From Candidatus Bathyarchaeota archaeon (lineage in GTDB: Archaea; Thermoproteota; Bathyarchaeia; Bathyarchaeales; Bathycorpusculaceae), in assembly GCA_963702095.1 (NCBI GenBank), contig OY969706.1, positions 608,001 through 672,000 of the forward strand: a stretch of 64,000 nucleotides of DNA. The letters run 5' to 3'. Below, one piece after another: positions 20,148 to 31,048 of this stretch; the stretch's first letter is position 1, and each line of letters starts with the position of its first letter. The notes under the pieces are model-generated. The model did no database searches. It saw nothing but the letters and a program-made list of their open reading frames with translations, and was not told where the DNA came from. A program made the translations under genes and the position numbers.

Positions 20148-22804
20148 ATGAAAAGAAATGAGAATACGAAAAAATTAGTAGTACTTTCAACACTCTTGAT
20201 GCTTTCTATTGCAGCTTCACTGCTATTGGCTCCAAACGCAGCGCAAGTCTATCCACCAGCAGGCACCGAAATTCCGACTTATGCTTATCTTAACATTGCT
20301 CCTAACCCTGCAGGCGTTGGCCAAACTGTCACTGTCAACTTCTTCTTAGCAACACCTATGGAAACTAGTGAAAGACCGGTCAATATGACGGTTGTTCAGA
20401 CGAATCCTGATGGTACAACCAAGACGTTGGGTCCGTTTACAGGCGATACCACCGGTGGCTCATACACTACATTCGTTCCCGACCATGTGGGTAACTGGAC
20501 GTTCCAGTTCTTCTATGGTGGACAAGTACTCACAGGAACCAGCCGATGGGCAAACTTAACCAATGCACCCAGTCAAAGCGAAAAAGTAACACTCGTTGTC
20601 CAAGAAGAAGCTATCTCTCGAAGTTCATACCCAATCACTCCATTGCCAACAGCTTGGTGGGAAACTCCAGTAAACGCTGAAAACGTACAGGAATGGTACA
20701 AGATATGCGGTCCATGGCTAGGCTTCGGCAGCATAAACTTTGGTCAAACAGGTTCTTATAATTCTACCAGCTTCTGCAATCCCTACACACCATCTGTACT
20801 TTCTGGACACGTTCTCTGGACTAAGGTCTGGGCGAACGGCGGTGTAGTCGGCGGAGATGCGGGAGGAAGTGAAGATACTGGCCACTACTGGTCCACAAGA
20901 CAATACCAGCCACAATACGCTCCAGTCATAATCAACGGCATTCTGTACTCACAGACCTATGACATTGGTACGGGCACAAACATGGGCCATGGTATACAGG
21001 CAGTTAACATCTACACTGGCGAAACCATCTACACTATAAACACAACCAACTCCCTAAGATGCGGCATGACGACAAGATACTACCAAGCTAACCAATATGG
21101 CGCTGTCGGTCCGTTCATCTGGACAACCGGTACGTTGCCCGCAAGTGACACAGGTGGCTCTATACCTAGAAACGTAGGCACACAATGGAACATGTATGAT
21201 GCACTGAACGGCGAGTACGTCCTAAGTATCGTTAACGGCTCAGCTTTGACTCTTAGACCTGACGAGAACGGCAACCTGATCGGCTACTTCCTAAACAGCA
21301 CTAATGGCGCATGGAGTGAAACTGTTTATCCAGCACCGGGCCAAAGCAAAGTTGTCAACGGTACCGGTCCCCACCTAACCTGTGTGAACATGACCATGGC
21401 TATGGGTACAACAGGCGGCTCATTCCAACCAGCACGCAACACAGTCCGAGAGATGAAGACGGGCTACATGTGGACAGTCCCAGTACCAACCGAAATTAAC
21501 GGCGCAGCAATATCCCCTGATCTAGCAGTTAGGGAAGGAATCACTGGCAATGCACTCATTATGACAGGTGGCTTCATTCACGGCCAGGGTGTCGGTGGTG
21601 AATCAGCAGGTTGGCTGCAGTAGCAGCAAGTTTCGATGCAGACTCAGGTACTCAACTTTGGTGTAAGAACTTTACTTACGATGGCGGCTTCAAATCATTC
21701 TTGCCCTACACGAGGACTTCACAGGCTTACGGTGAAGGCGTCATATTCAACATGAACGACGTCAACTATGTTATAGATGCTATCGATGCACGCACAGGCG
21801 ATAAGTTGTGGACGGCAACATTTGCTGGTGATAATGGTGCAGAACCAAACTACTATGACTTGTTCAGTCTCAAACCCTACGTTGCTAACGGCAAACTCGT
21901 CACTGTGGGCCTTGGCGGAGATGTCTGGGCTCATGATGCAAAGACAGGCGCATTGGCATGGTACACAAACACAACAAAGATTCTAGGTGACCCGGGCATT
22001 GAAACTCCGTATGGTATCTGGCCATTCTGGGTCTTCAGTTGCAACGGCTTCTCAAACGACATAGCATACTTAGCAGTCGGACATGAATATAACCCGCCGC
22101 TGTTCCATGGAGCACAAATGATAGCTCTTAACTTGACTGATGGATCAACTGTATGGACTGAACTAGGCACCTACACACGCTCCACATCAATCGCATACGG
22201 CATTCTGTTCTCATTGAACATGTATGACAACCAACTCTATGCTTTCGGTAAAGGTCCAAGCCAAACCACAATATCTGTTCCACAAGTCGGCGTTTCAACA
22301 GACACCGCAATCACCATCACTGGCAGAGTTACCGACATTGCTGAAGGTTCAAAGCAACATGCAGTTGCAGCTAACTTCCCCAACGGCGTACCATGCGTTT
22401 CTGACGAAAGCCAAAGCAAATTCATGGAACATGTCTACCAGCAACAGCCAATCCCAATGGATACCACCGGTGTTTCAGTGACAATCAGCGTAGTCGACTC
22501 TAACGGCAACTACCGCCAGATCGGTTCAACAAAGACTGTTGATGGCACTTACGCATTCGTCTGGACTCCTGACATCTCTGGTACTTTCCAGATGATTGCA
22601 AGCTTTGACGGTTCCAACTCGTACTATCCATCGTCTGCAACATCGTACTTCTATGCGGGCGAAGCAGCAACACCTCAACCGACTACACAGACACAAACTG
22701 GCTTAGCTACAACTGCTGATTTGTTAACCTACATGGCGGCTGGCGTAATAGCTATCATCATCGTGGTAGTCATCGTCGGTTTACTTATCCTTCGGAAGAA
22801 ATAA
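20148..22804 (+). pseudogene. Second PQQ-like beta-propeller surface protein, split by a frameshift at ~21618
   Basis: ORFs 20148-21623 and 21611-22804 together are collinear with 15763-18291 (signal peptide through C-terminal TM). Confidence 0.75.
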
Positions 22805-22836
22805 GCGGTAAAAAACAAAACCAAAAATCCTTTCCC

Positions 22837-22985
22837 TTTTTTTGGGAACAATGAATGCATCGGATAAATATGTGGGCTGAGTGGGCTCTGGATAAAAATA
22901 ACTAGTTGCGGTTGAAGAATGGTTTAGTTGCATTTTCCATTCTACTCTTCCTTTAGTTTGGGTTCCAGAGCCCCAGCAAACCCAT
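22837..22985 (+). repeat. Structured intergenic repeat, family B, copy 2
   Basis: Perfect stem gggctctgga/tccagagccc encloses the gaatgg/ccattc hairpin. Confidence 0.8.
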
Positions 22986-23012
22986 TTCTTTTCAGTTGTT
23001 GTTACAACGATT

Positions 23013-23480
23013 TTACCGCACTTCGTCGCCTTTGGGACGAGGAGTGTTTTTTCTGTAAAGCGCAATCCCCTCAACTAGGAACAAGACCATGGCTACGGCA
23101 GTCATGCCTGTCAAGAAGAGGAAACTGCTTTGAATCACTAAATCCTTAATAACCAAACTAAGTAAGAGTATACTTACTTCTGCGGCGAAAGCGCCCATAA
23201 AAAAGAAGGAGTAAAACATCAACCGTGGCACGAGGTTTTTGCCGACCCACACGTGCCCGTTGATGCTTGCTTTTTCCTTTAGGATATAGTCGCCGTAGCT
23301 GTTTTTCTCTATTAATCCCATGTCTTCGAGTTTTTGCAGGTGGCGGTGTGCGACGCTGGTGCTGCTGAGTTGTGCGCCTCTGGTTACGTCTCTGGTTCCC
23401 ACTGGTTTGGCTTCGTGGACGATGTATGCGTAGACGGTTAATGTGTTGCCTTCTAATGTTTCAGTTGATGCGCCAGCCAT
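23013..23480 (-). CDS. Membrane-anchored wHTH regulator, paralog of 12378-12860
   Basis: Shared motifs LEGNTL.VYA and GHVWVGKNLVPRL..YS.FF.G, plus 2 TM. Confidence 0.75.
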   Translation of the reverse strand: MAGASTETLEGNTLTVYAYIVHEAKPVGTRDVTRGAQLSSTSVAHRHLQKLEDMGLIEKNSYGDYILKEKASINGHVWVGKNLVPRLMFYSFFFMGAFAAEVSILLLSLVIKDLVIQSSFLFLTGMTAVAMVLFLVEGIALYRKNTPRPKGDEVR

Positions 23481-23498
23481 GCCTGTAACTCCTTTAAG

Positions 23499-24215
23499 TC
23501 ATAATTTTTCCCTAGCAAACAAGGGGTTAATCTGGTCTAGTTCTTGCTGAGGAATAGCGGTGTTGTATAGGTAGCCGTCGCGGTAACGTGTTAACTCGAT
23601 TTGCATTATTGGCTCCGAATTTTCGTTAGCGTAAATCTGAGTTGATGCAAAATTTACTGAGCGTATTATCGAGTTTTCAAGGTAGATTTTCATTGTAAGT
23701 GTCTCTGGCTGTTCTGTCGTAAGGTTCCAGTTGTCATCATAGCCGTTTTTGAAGTTTTGAGCTGTTCCATTGTACGATCCTGTTCTGCCTACGGGGCCTC
23801 TGTCACTTTCAAGATTAAAAATGTACCAGTTGTCAAGAAAGAACGTGAAATTGGCGGGTGGCTCATTGCCTGTGGTAGCCACGGCGCTTAGTGTTATATT
23901 TCCTATTGATGTTCCATCTGATGATAATTCTGCTCTGTAAGTTTCATAGTAAGCAACTGGGTCATCGGTAAACTCAAAATTCGGTGACGACTCAAAAATA
24001 ATTGAGAATGCCCATCCATATGTATCGTTTGTCAGTGTATTGTTATCCCACACATTACGTATGTAAGCGTATGACATGTCAAACTTTAATGCGGGTCTAT
24101 CAACTGATGGTTGCGCTGCGGCTGGGGTCATCAAATATGTTAAAGGCGCTATTGTTGATATTCCGATTGCGACTGCAAGGATGCTGCATAGGATTAGTTT
24201 CTTTTCAAACTGCAT
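23499..24215 (-). CDS. Secreted or surface hypothetical protein
   Basis: N-terminal KKLILCSILAVAIGISTIAPL, similar to the 11185 ORF; C-terminal L...GYLYN resembles L...SYIYN. Confidence 0.7.
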   Translation of the reverse strand: MQFEKKLILCSILAVAIGISTIAPLTYLMTPAAAQPSVDRPALKFDMSYAYIRNVWDNNTLTNDTYGWAFSIIFESSPNFEFTDDPVAYYETYRAELSSDGTSIGNITLSAVATTGNEPPANFTFFLDNWYIFNLESDRGPVGRTGSYNGTAQNFKNGYDDNWNLTTEQPETLTMKIYLENSIIRSVNFASTQIYANENSEPIMQIELTRYRDGYLYNTAIPQQELDQINPLFAREKL

Positions 24216-24260
24216 TTTTGGTTCTTCACCACTCCAGTAAGCAGTAGATTGGCAATATAT

Positions 24261-24298
24261 TTCTCACTATAGAACGAAACTGTTCTCACAGAGAACAC
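24261..24298 (-). promoter_or_regulatory. Putative operator GTTCTCTGTGAGAAC-N6-GTTC, just upstream of a TATA-like box
   Basis: Palindrome at 24282-24296; near-identical block at 28883-28920. Confidence 0.7.
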
Positions 24299-24364
24299 AC
24301 TAAGAGGTAAGTATTCAGCGGGTTTGGCAGGACCTCTTTAGAGTGTTTCAGATCTGGTAGCCGC

Positions 24365-24874
24365 TCAAAGTGTTCTTCGTTTCCTCAGATTAATAATTAA
24401 CAGCAAAACCAATGAAAGAATACCCACACCAACTATCGCTAATGAGAACATCAGCAGGTCTTTTTCAAAGCCAGAAAAACTTAAAACCACCTTAATATTG
24501 GTAGCCTTATCTTCTGGCAAATGAACCAAAACAGCATAACCGCCCCTGCCCTGAGGTTGCTCACTAAAAACGCCCTCGGCGAGATCCTCATACGACCAAA
24601 CTGCATTAACCGACTTGTCAGTGTTCCATTGTTTTATAGCCGCCTCATCCAAAATATATACGCTAACAGTATTATTCGCCCTAATGTTAACGCTGAAATC
24701 TCGATCAAACATCAAAAAATCAGGATACAAAACCCACCCAATAGTAGCCCCCTCCGCTTCATTACCAAAATTCATAATCTTAGGCACCGAATTAACTCTA
24801 ACTGCCGTAACAGCCAAAAGAGCCAGACCAACCAAGAAAACAGCCAAACCCAACCTCAAACTCTTTTTCAACAT
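24365..24874 (-). CDS. Membrane protein (two TM flanking a beta domain), ABC operon accessory
   Basis: N- and C-terminal hydrophobic helices; resembles the N-terminal domain of the next gene. Confidence 0.65.
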   Translation of the reverse strand: MLKKSLRLGLAVFLVGLALLAVTAVRVNSVPKIMNFGNEAEGATIGWVLYPDFLMFDRDFSVNIRANNTVSVYILDEAAIKQWNTDKSVNAVWSYEDLAEGVFSEQPQGRGGYAVLVHLPEDKATNIKVVLSFSGFEKDLLMFSLAIVGVGILSLVLLLIINLRKRRTL

Positions 24875-24886
24875 AACATATCCTCC

Positions 24887-26261
24887 CTAGTCAATCTCCA
24901 TTTTACGAGTAAAATAAACAAAAGAAAAAACAAGCAACGAAACCGAAACACCCCCAACAACAAAAACGCTAAACAACCCATCAATCAGCGGTGTAAAAGA
25001 TAAACCGCCATATACATACTGGCGGATAAAAGTGAACCCGTTTGTAAATCGGCCTGTGAAACTAACAAGACTTTCCTGAGCAACGCTTTCAATGCCAAAT
25101 AGCAGGAGTGCAGAGGCTAAAATGGAGAGTACCTCATTTTTAGTAACCACCGACAAAGCAGTCGATATAGTGCAAACTAAGAGAAGTTGAAGAAGCACAA
25201 GCAGTACTGAAGCATAAAACATTGGTTCAAAAGGATTAAGCGCTAAAAGAGGAATCTGTAGCGCAAACACACCAACATAAACAGCAGCGAGCACAGTAAA
25301 GAGGGCTATAAATTTCGCCAAAAACAGTTTACTTCGCTGCACAGGATAGGAAAGAACCATTTTTGTCTCGCCTCTAGAAATGCCGCCTGCATAACTATGA
25401 CAAAACAAAACGCCCGCAATAAATATGAGCAAAAGAAAAATTGACTGGATCCCCACGGTAAGATTATCATAACTGGACGCTGGCGAAAACTCCTTAATAA
25501 CTGGGGTTAAAACCGTGAAAACGGCAATCACCAGTATAACTTCTAACATTGGAAAAGCAAAAGATTCCTCCAACTCCCAAACTAAGAGCCTACGCAGTTG
25601 ACCCCCAACCCTTGATCCACCTGCGCTTTTAGTATGAGCACTCGACACAACTTTTTGAGATAACAGCACGGTAGCACTACTGCTATTGTCATCTTTTTTT
25701 GGTTCTGCACCAGTAGAGGGCTTTTTTGTTTTGCCTTGAAACAATACCTTAGAAACTACAGTAATAAATAGACCTGCAGCAATTGTCGTTGCTGAAATCC
25801 ACAGCAAATCACTCTCATACCCATACAATTTTGGGAACATCTGCCCGTTTAGGCTTTCATTGTCAGGACTAATCACTAGTAAGAAATAGTCCTCTCTATG
25901 GGGGATTTCCATAGTTAAGTTACCTGTAGATGAGACGCCTTTAGCAGACCAAACAGGATCAATAGCTTTTTGTGAGTTCCAAAGCTCGCTGCCTTTAGAG
26001 TCAAGGAGGTAAAAGTCCAAAGATGAAATGGGCTTCAGGTGAAGATATTCATCAAGATAAGTAAAGTTTAATGATATAGCGTAGTTACGTGGTGACAGGG
26101 AATAAGGACCCGAGAAAAAAGTACTCGCAGTCCCTCCGAAGCAACCTGTCTGGCCAGGTAGAAGTCCAGGTGCTTCGGTAAATGGTTCCTGCTAAAAAAG
26201 AGGAGCCAATGACTAGGAGCATTAGGCCAATTGTTGTGAGCAGTTTGGATTTGTTTCTCAA
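24887..26261 (-). CDS. ABC-2 type permease with an N-terminal extracellular domain; apparent frameshift between ~26090 and ~26190
   Basis: GE(T/L)K..LSYPV.R motif, multiple TMs, ends FTRKMEID. The upstream TTG at 26261 encodes a TM segment in another frame. Confidence 0.7.
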
Positions 26262-26263
26262 TA

Positions 26264-27013
26264 TTAGTCGACCTCCATTTTACGGGTAAAATAGACAAAA
26301 ACGAATAGTAACGCAAGTATTGCAGTTATAAGCGGAAACAATATTGAACCCGTGAACTGCTCAAACGTAGGGGGTATAAGTGAGAGACTATGAGGGCCAG
26401 GGTGGGTTATTTGTTCAAAATACCCAAAAATATTGGTGAACCTTCCAATTGACGAGAAAATGCTGGAATAAAATGAGTTATCAAGTCCAAAAATCAACAG
26501 AAAAGAAACAACAATGGAAACCAATTCACTTTTAGCTATCATAGAAACACCCACTGAAACAGCACTCACAAATAGTAACTGTAGAAAAATCGTAAACAAA
26601 GACACATAAAACATGGGCTCTAGCACACTTATCGCGTTAATGTAAAGATTCATTGCGTATGCAGATGCATATATGCCAAAAATTATTAGATTAAGGGCAA
26701 GCACTTTTGATACGAAAATTTGCCAGCGCTTAACCGGATAAGACAACATTCTCTTTAGGTCGCCTCTTCCGAAGCTACCTGCAAAACTATGCGAAAACAA
26801 AGTACATGTAACAAGAGTTAAAATAAGGAAAATAGTGGTTACACCATTAGATAAATCGCTGTAACTATGGCTGAATCCGTTAATGGTTGTTGATTGAACT
26901 AAAACTGCAAGTATTGCTGAGGCAACAATTAAAGACAGGACAGGCAAGCTTAGGTGGTTTTCAATTTCCCAAATGAATAATCGGGAAAACGTCTTTGGTT
27001 TGGGGTTATTCAT
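26264..27013 (-). CDS. ABC-2 type permease
   Basis: GDLKRMLSYPVKR motif, about 6 TM, ends FTRKMEVD. Confidence 0.82.
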   Translation of the reverse strand: MNNPKPKTFSRLFIWEIENHLSLPVLSLIVASAILAVLVQSTTINGFSHSYSDLSNGVTTIFLILTLVTCTLFSHSFAGSFGRGDLKRMLSYPVKRWQIFVSKVLALNLIIFGIYASAYAMNLYINAISVLEPMFYVSLFTIFLQLLFVSAVSVGVSMIAKSELVSIVVSFLLIFGLDNSFYSSIFSSIGRFTNIFGYFEQITHPGPHSLSLIPPTFEQFTGSILFPLITAILALLFVFVYFTRKMEVD

Positions 27014-27942
27014 CGTTTTTCCCCAACGGTTTGAGTATAAATTTCTTCAAGTGACCCTAAGGTTTTCTGGAAACTTTTCAGTTGCAGTTTTAGTTCTGAA
27101 GCCATTTTGGGGATTTCTGTATAAAACGCGTCTGGATTATTGACCTTACAGAATATTTTGCCGTTTTCAATCCAAACCCTGTCGATTGAGCTTAATTTTT
27201 GGAGCGCTGTCGTGAATTGTTGAGGGTCTGATACTTCAATTTTATAGATGCTGGCCGAATACCTTTCTGTTAGGTTATTTATGTAGCCTTGGTCGACTGT
27301 TTTTCCTTGGTCAATTATGACGAGGTAATTGCAGATCTTTTCTAGGTCACTTAGTATATGGGTAGATATGAGAAAGCTTGTGGCACGTTTTTCATGCATT
27401 TCTTTAATTTTCCCTAAAAGAGTGATTCGCCCCAGAGGATCGATGTTTGCGGTGGGTTCGTCAAGTATTGCTAATTCCGGATTGCCTATTAGTGCCTGAG
27501 CTAAGCCTAGTCGTTTGAACATACCTGCCGAGTAAGTTTTTATGGGTTTATCCTGCGCTTGAGTTAAGTCTACGTCGTTAAGTAGTTCGTCTATAGTTTG
27601 GTCGATTTGTGTTATGCCGTAGAGTTTTGCGACGTGTGTTAGGAAACGTCTTGCGCTAAAGTTGCCAGGGTAGGCGTTGGTTTCATGCATAACGCCCAAT
27701 TTTTGCCGTATTTCAAAAGAGTTTTTCCAACAATCCAAACCAAACACGGAGGCTTGACCTTTGTTAGCCTTAATTAATCCTAAGAGTACACCGATGGTTG
27801 TGGTTTTGCCTGAGCCATTTTTTCCTACAAACCCCGAGATACCCTTCGGAATCTGCATAGTTAAATCATTTAACGCAGGTGCTTTTTTAAAAGTCTTCAC
27901 AAGATTAGACGTTTCTACAACAAATTCTTCCATCAAAACCAC
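27010..27942 (-). CDS. ABC transporter ATP-binding protein (ABC-2/DrrA-like)
   Basis: GKNGSGKTT, YSAGM, ILDEPT and STH motifs. Confidence 0.92.
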   Translation of the reverse strand: MVLMEEFVVETSNLVKTFKKAPALNDLTMQIPKGISGFVGKNGSGKTTTIGVLLGLIKANKGQASVFGLDCWKNSFEIRQKLGVMHETNAYPGNFSARRFLTHVAKLYGITQIDQTIDELLNDVDLTQAQDKPIKTYSAGMFKRLGLAQALIGNPELAILDEPTANIDPLGRITLLGKIKEMHEKRATSFLISTHILSDLEKICNYLVIIDQGKTVDQGYINNLTERYSASIYKIEVSDPQQFTTALQKLSSIDRVWIENGKIFCKVNNPDAFYTEIPKMASELKLQLKSFQKTLGSLEEIYTQTVGEKR

Positions 27943-27943
27943 C

Positions 27944-28828
27944 TTAGTTTTTCTTTCTCCTACGTTTAATTAATAAAGTCACGACCAGCAAAATGATCGC
28001 TATTGGTATTATGGAGTAGTACAGGATTTGGTTCCAGTTTATTGTTGAACGCTCAGGCACCAGGTTGATGTTTGTCTCAGAAACCGTCCCGGGACCATTG
28101 GCAATGCCGACTACTGCGAAGACGGGATCCCAGAAGATGATGCCTAAACTAAGGCCTGTATCCAAATCACAACCAAAATTTAGCGTCAAATACGGGTTAT
28201 TGTTAATAGTAATGCGTGGACTTGTTACGAATATGTCTTGGTTTCCCTGAACTGTGGTAGTCCACGAATCAGAAGTCGTCGTTACTGGTGATGTGACTGT
28301 TTTTGAATTTTCTTCCCACATAGTTATTTCTTGGCCATTGACTGGGTTTGCAGGCAACCACAAATGCGTAGTACCCAAGAACGTCCCATTAACATTACAC
28401 ACGCTCCTAGTGTAGAGATCGACGTAAACCTCAGCGGTACGTTGTATAGGCACCTTTTCGGAAGAATTATCAACATAATTTACTTTTTCTCCAACGTAGT
28501 CAAGTGTAACCTGCAACTTTGCCATAGTGGCATTAACACTTTCACACCGCCACATTAGACTAGAACTATTAGTTTCAAGAACAGTGTCTAGCTTTTGAGC
28601 TGGTAGCGTGTAATTGGTTCCAGCAAACTTGGGATTAGATAAATTGAAAAAAGCAAAAGAGCATAAATTAGAAGCGCCGGGGATGGAGGGTTCGTATTTT
28701 ACGTATGTGCCTTCTTTTAGCCATGAAGGAGCAAAAGCATCCCTTGCAGTGGCAACTGGAATAAAAGTGCATACACACAAACACAGCATCAACATTGAAA
28801 CTATAAGTTTACGTGAATCTGTCACCAT
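27944..28828 (-). CDS. Secreted protein with a C-terminal TM anchor
   Basis: Signal peptide, WLKEGTYVKY motif, C-terminal TM followed by KRRRKKN. Confidence 0.75.
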   Translation of the reverse strand: MVTDSRKLIVSMLMLCLCVCTFIPVATARDAFAPSWLKEGTYVKYEPSIPGASNLCSFAFFNLSNPKFAGTNYTLPAQKLDTVLETNSSSLMWRCESVNATMAKLQVTLDYVGEKVNYVDNSSEKVPIQRTAEVYVDLYTRSVCNVNGTFLGTTHLWLPANPVNGQEITMWEENSKTVTSPVTTTSDSWTTTVQGNQDIFVTSPRITINNNPYLTLNFGCDLDTGLSLGIIFWDPVFAVVGIANGPGTVSETNINLVPERSTINWNQILYYSIIPIAIILLVVTLLIKRRRKKN

Positions 28829-28882
28829 TTATACACACCAACTATCGCTTGGTCCAACCAATCAGGCAGGCAGTGATATAAC

Positions 28883-28920
28883 GCTCACTACAGAACAAAA
28901 CTGTTCTCACAGAGAACACA
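28883..28920 (-). promoter_or_regulatory. Putative operator GTTCTCTGTGAGAAC-N6-GTTC, immediately 5' of TTATAT
   Basis: Palindrome at 28903-28917, identical to 24282-24296. Confidence 0.7.
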
Positions 28921-28974
28921 TCAACCGCTAACCCCCAAGTACCTTTAAACGGTGGCATAACCTCTATGTTGTAG

Positions 28975-29184
28975 GTGCATTTTGTGGGTAATCGTTGGGT
29001 AGCAGTGCTCATCGCAGCTGTCTTCTTTACAGCTGCATTTCTGATTCTTTTCCAGCAGAAAGTGACGTTTGGGCTTTGGTTTCAATTTGGCGATTTGCAC
29101 CATGAAACTTTCGCCATTGCGGCGGTAACGCTGGGTTTAGGTGTGCTGATAGGTTCAGCAGTTACTGAAAATAACAAAAAATGA
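28975..29184 (+). CDS. Small two-TM membrane protein
   Basis: Two hydrophobic helices flank an LHHE motif. Confidence 0.55.
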   Translation: MHFVGNRWVAVLIAAVFFTAAFLILFQQKVTFGLWFQFGDLHHETFAIAAVTLGLGVLIGSAVTENNKK

Positions 29185-29191
29185 GTAAACG

Positions 29192-29755
29192 CTACTTCAC
29201 TATTTCCCTGATAATGTCGTTGACCGCCATTACTCTCGCGTTGTAGACGTATTCTAAGTACTTCAGTCCCTCAACATGGTCTTTCTCAGTGAACGCTTCC
29301 ACCCCATCCTCCGCAATGACGATGTGGTAGCCCCGAAAGAAGGCATCCGCAGAAGTATGCCGCACACACATGTTCGTATGCAACCCCCCCAAAATAACGG
29401 TTTTTACGCCGTCGCCGTCATAGAGACTCCGCAGCAACGGATCCAGTCCTGTTTCGTAGAAACCGCTGTAGGTACGTTTCTCAACGATGTAGTCTTTGGT
29501 TTTGTCAGGTTCCAACTCGGGGATAACTTGTGCTCCGGGTGTGCCTTTTATGGCGTGAGTGCCCCATTTCCGTATGACTTCGATGTCTTGGGGGTAGTGG
29601 GCGTCGATGCTGTAGAGGACGGGTACATTGTTGAGGTGGGCTGCTACTACTATGCGTTTTAGGGGTTCGACTACTTTGTGGGCTCTTTTGGTTTTAAGTG
29701 GACCTGTGAAGAAATCGTTTTGTACATCGATAAGTATGACTGCAGGGTTTTTCAT
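29192..29755 (-). CDS. Cysteine hydrolase (isochorismatase/nicotinamidase family)
   Basis: IDVQNDF, EKRTYSGF and TNMCV motifs. Confidence 0.88.
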   Translation of the reverse strand: MKNPAVILIDVQNDFFTGPLKTKRAHKVVEPLKRIVVAAHLNNVPVLYSIDAHYPQDIEVIRKWGTHAIKGTPGAQVIPELEPDKTKDYIVEKRTYSGFYETGLDPLLRSLYDGDGVKTVILGGLHTNMCVRHTSADAFFRGYHIVIAEDGVEAFTEKDHVEGLKYLEYVYNARVMAVNDIIREIVK

Positions 29756-29802
29756 AAAAACTCCCTAATAGAAAAACGATGGAGAACTACTTTAGTTTTA
29801 TC

Positions 29803-30864
29803 TTAGGGCTCGTAGGGTGCTTGGGTTAATTTTTCAGCGCCGTCTGGGGTGACGAGGACGGTGTCTTCGATTCTGACGCCGCCAAACCCGGGCAGATAAA
29901 TTCCCGGCTCATCCGTAACCACATTACCCGCTTGCAGCAAATCCCTGCTGTCGGGGCTCAAAATGGGGGTTTCATGCACTTCCAAACCCACTCCATGCCC
30001 CAGATTATGCACAAAATAATCGCCGAAACCAGCGTCCGCAATCGTATGGCGGGCTACAGAGTCGATTTCTCTGGCTAAAACATGGGGTTTAATGGCTTCA
30101 AACGCCTTCTGCTGCGCCAACCTCACTGCCTCATAGATTCTGGTTTGTTTCTCTGTGGGTTTTCCGCTGATGAAGGTTCGCGTGATGTCCGAACGGTAAA
30201 ACCGGTAGGTCGCCCCCAAATCGACGATGACGAAATCGCCTTCCCCAATGATTCTCTCCATAGCGGAGCCGTGGGGGTATGCACAGCATTCTCCACATGA
30301 TAAGATGGTTTCGAATGCTACTCCGTCTGAACCAGCTTTGCGCATGGCGTACTCGGCTTCGGCTGCCACTTGCTTCTCCGACACACCTACATGGATGGTT
30401 TCAGCGGCGGCTTTTAAGCCGGCGTCTGCGATTCTGCAGGCTTCATGTATAAATTTGATTTCTTCTGTATCCTTGACTTCGCGCAGGCTTCGGATTAGTT
30501 GGTTGGAAGGTTCCAGTTTTTCTTCGCCGCCCACTGCTTTAGCCAGCGCACGCCAACTCTCTATGGGCAACGTGTCCACTTTGAGTTTCGGCGTTTGAGT
30601 TTGCTCTGCGATTTTTTGCATGATGCTTTCGCCTCTTCTAAGAAGTTGAACCGTGAAGTCTTTAACTTCGGCTTTTGCCTGTTCATAGTTAACGCCTGAC
30701 ACAAACAGCACCCCTTCATCGTCTGGAGGAATGAATAGTGCGGTGGCGCCTTGGAAACCTGTAAAGTAGGCGATGTTGTAGGGGTTGAAGACTGCAAAAG
30801 CGGCTGGTTTTTCATGTTCTGAGATGGCTTTTCTTAGTTTGTCGATTCGCATCTGGTTTACCAC
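29803..30864 (-). CDS. Xaa-Pro aminopeptidase/prolidase (M24B)
   Basis: VDLGA, SDITRT, HNLGHGVGLEVHE, EPGIY and GVRIED motifs. Confidence 0.92.
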   Translation of the reverse strand: MVNQMRIDKLRKAISEHEKPAAFAVFNPYNIAYFTGFQGATALFIPPDDEGVLFVSGVNYEQAKAEVKDFTVQLLRRGESIMQKIAEQTQTPKLKVDTLPIESWRALAKAVGGEEKLEPSNQLIRSLREVKDTEEIKFIHEACRIADAGLKAAAETIHVGVSEKQVAAEAEYAMRKAGSDGVAFETILSCGECCAYPHGSAMERIIGEGDFVIVDLGATYRFYRSDITRTFISGKPTEKQTRIYEAVRLAQQKAFEAIKPHVLAREIDSVARHTIADAGFGDYFVHNLGHGVGLEVHETPILSPDSRDLLQAGNVVTDEPGIYLPGFGGVRIEDTVLVTPDGAEKLTQAPYEP

Positions 30865-31048
30865 AGGATGGGATGGGGAGGGTTTGGTTTAAGTTTTCGC
30901 TTCCTCTGCTTCTGTGGCTAACAAACAGTTACCCATAACCCTCCAATAACCTGCAGACAGTTGCACAAAAAACATGAAATTCTACCTGAACAGCCCATTA
31001 GATTAATATAGGGTTCATATTGTTCCATACTCTTTTAACACTCACCTC

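Noticed and set aside
21611-21623. TAG ending ORF 20148-21623 as a pyrrolysine or readthrough codon
   Set aside because: The downstream half is in a different frame, so this is a frameshift and not readthrough.
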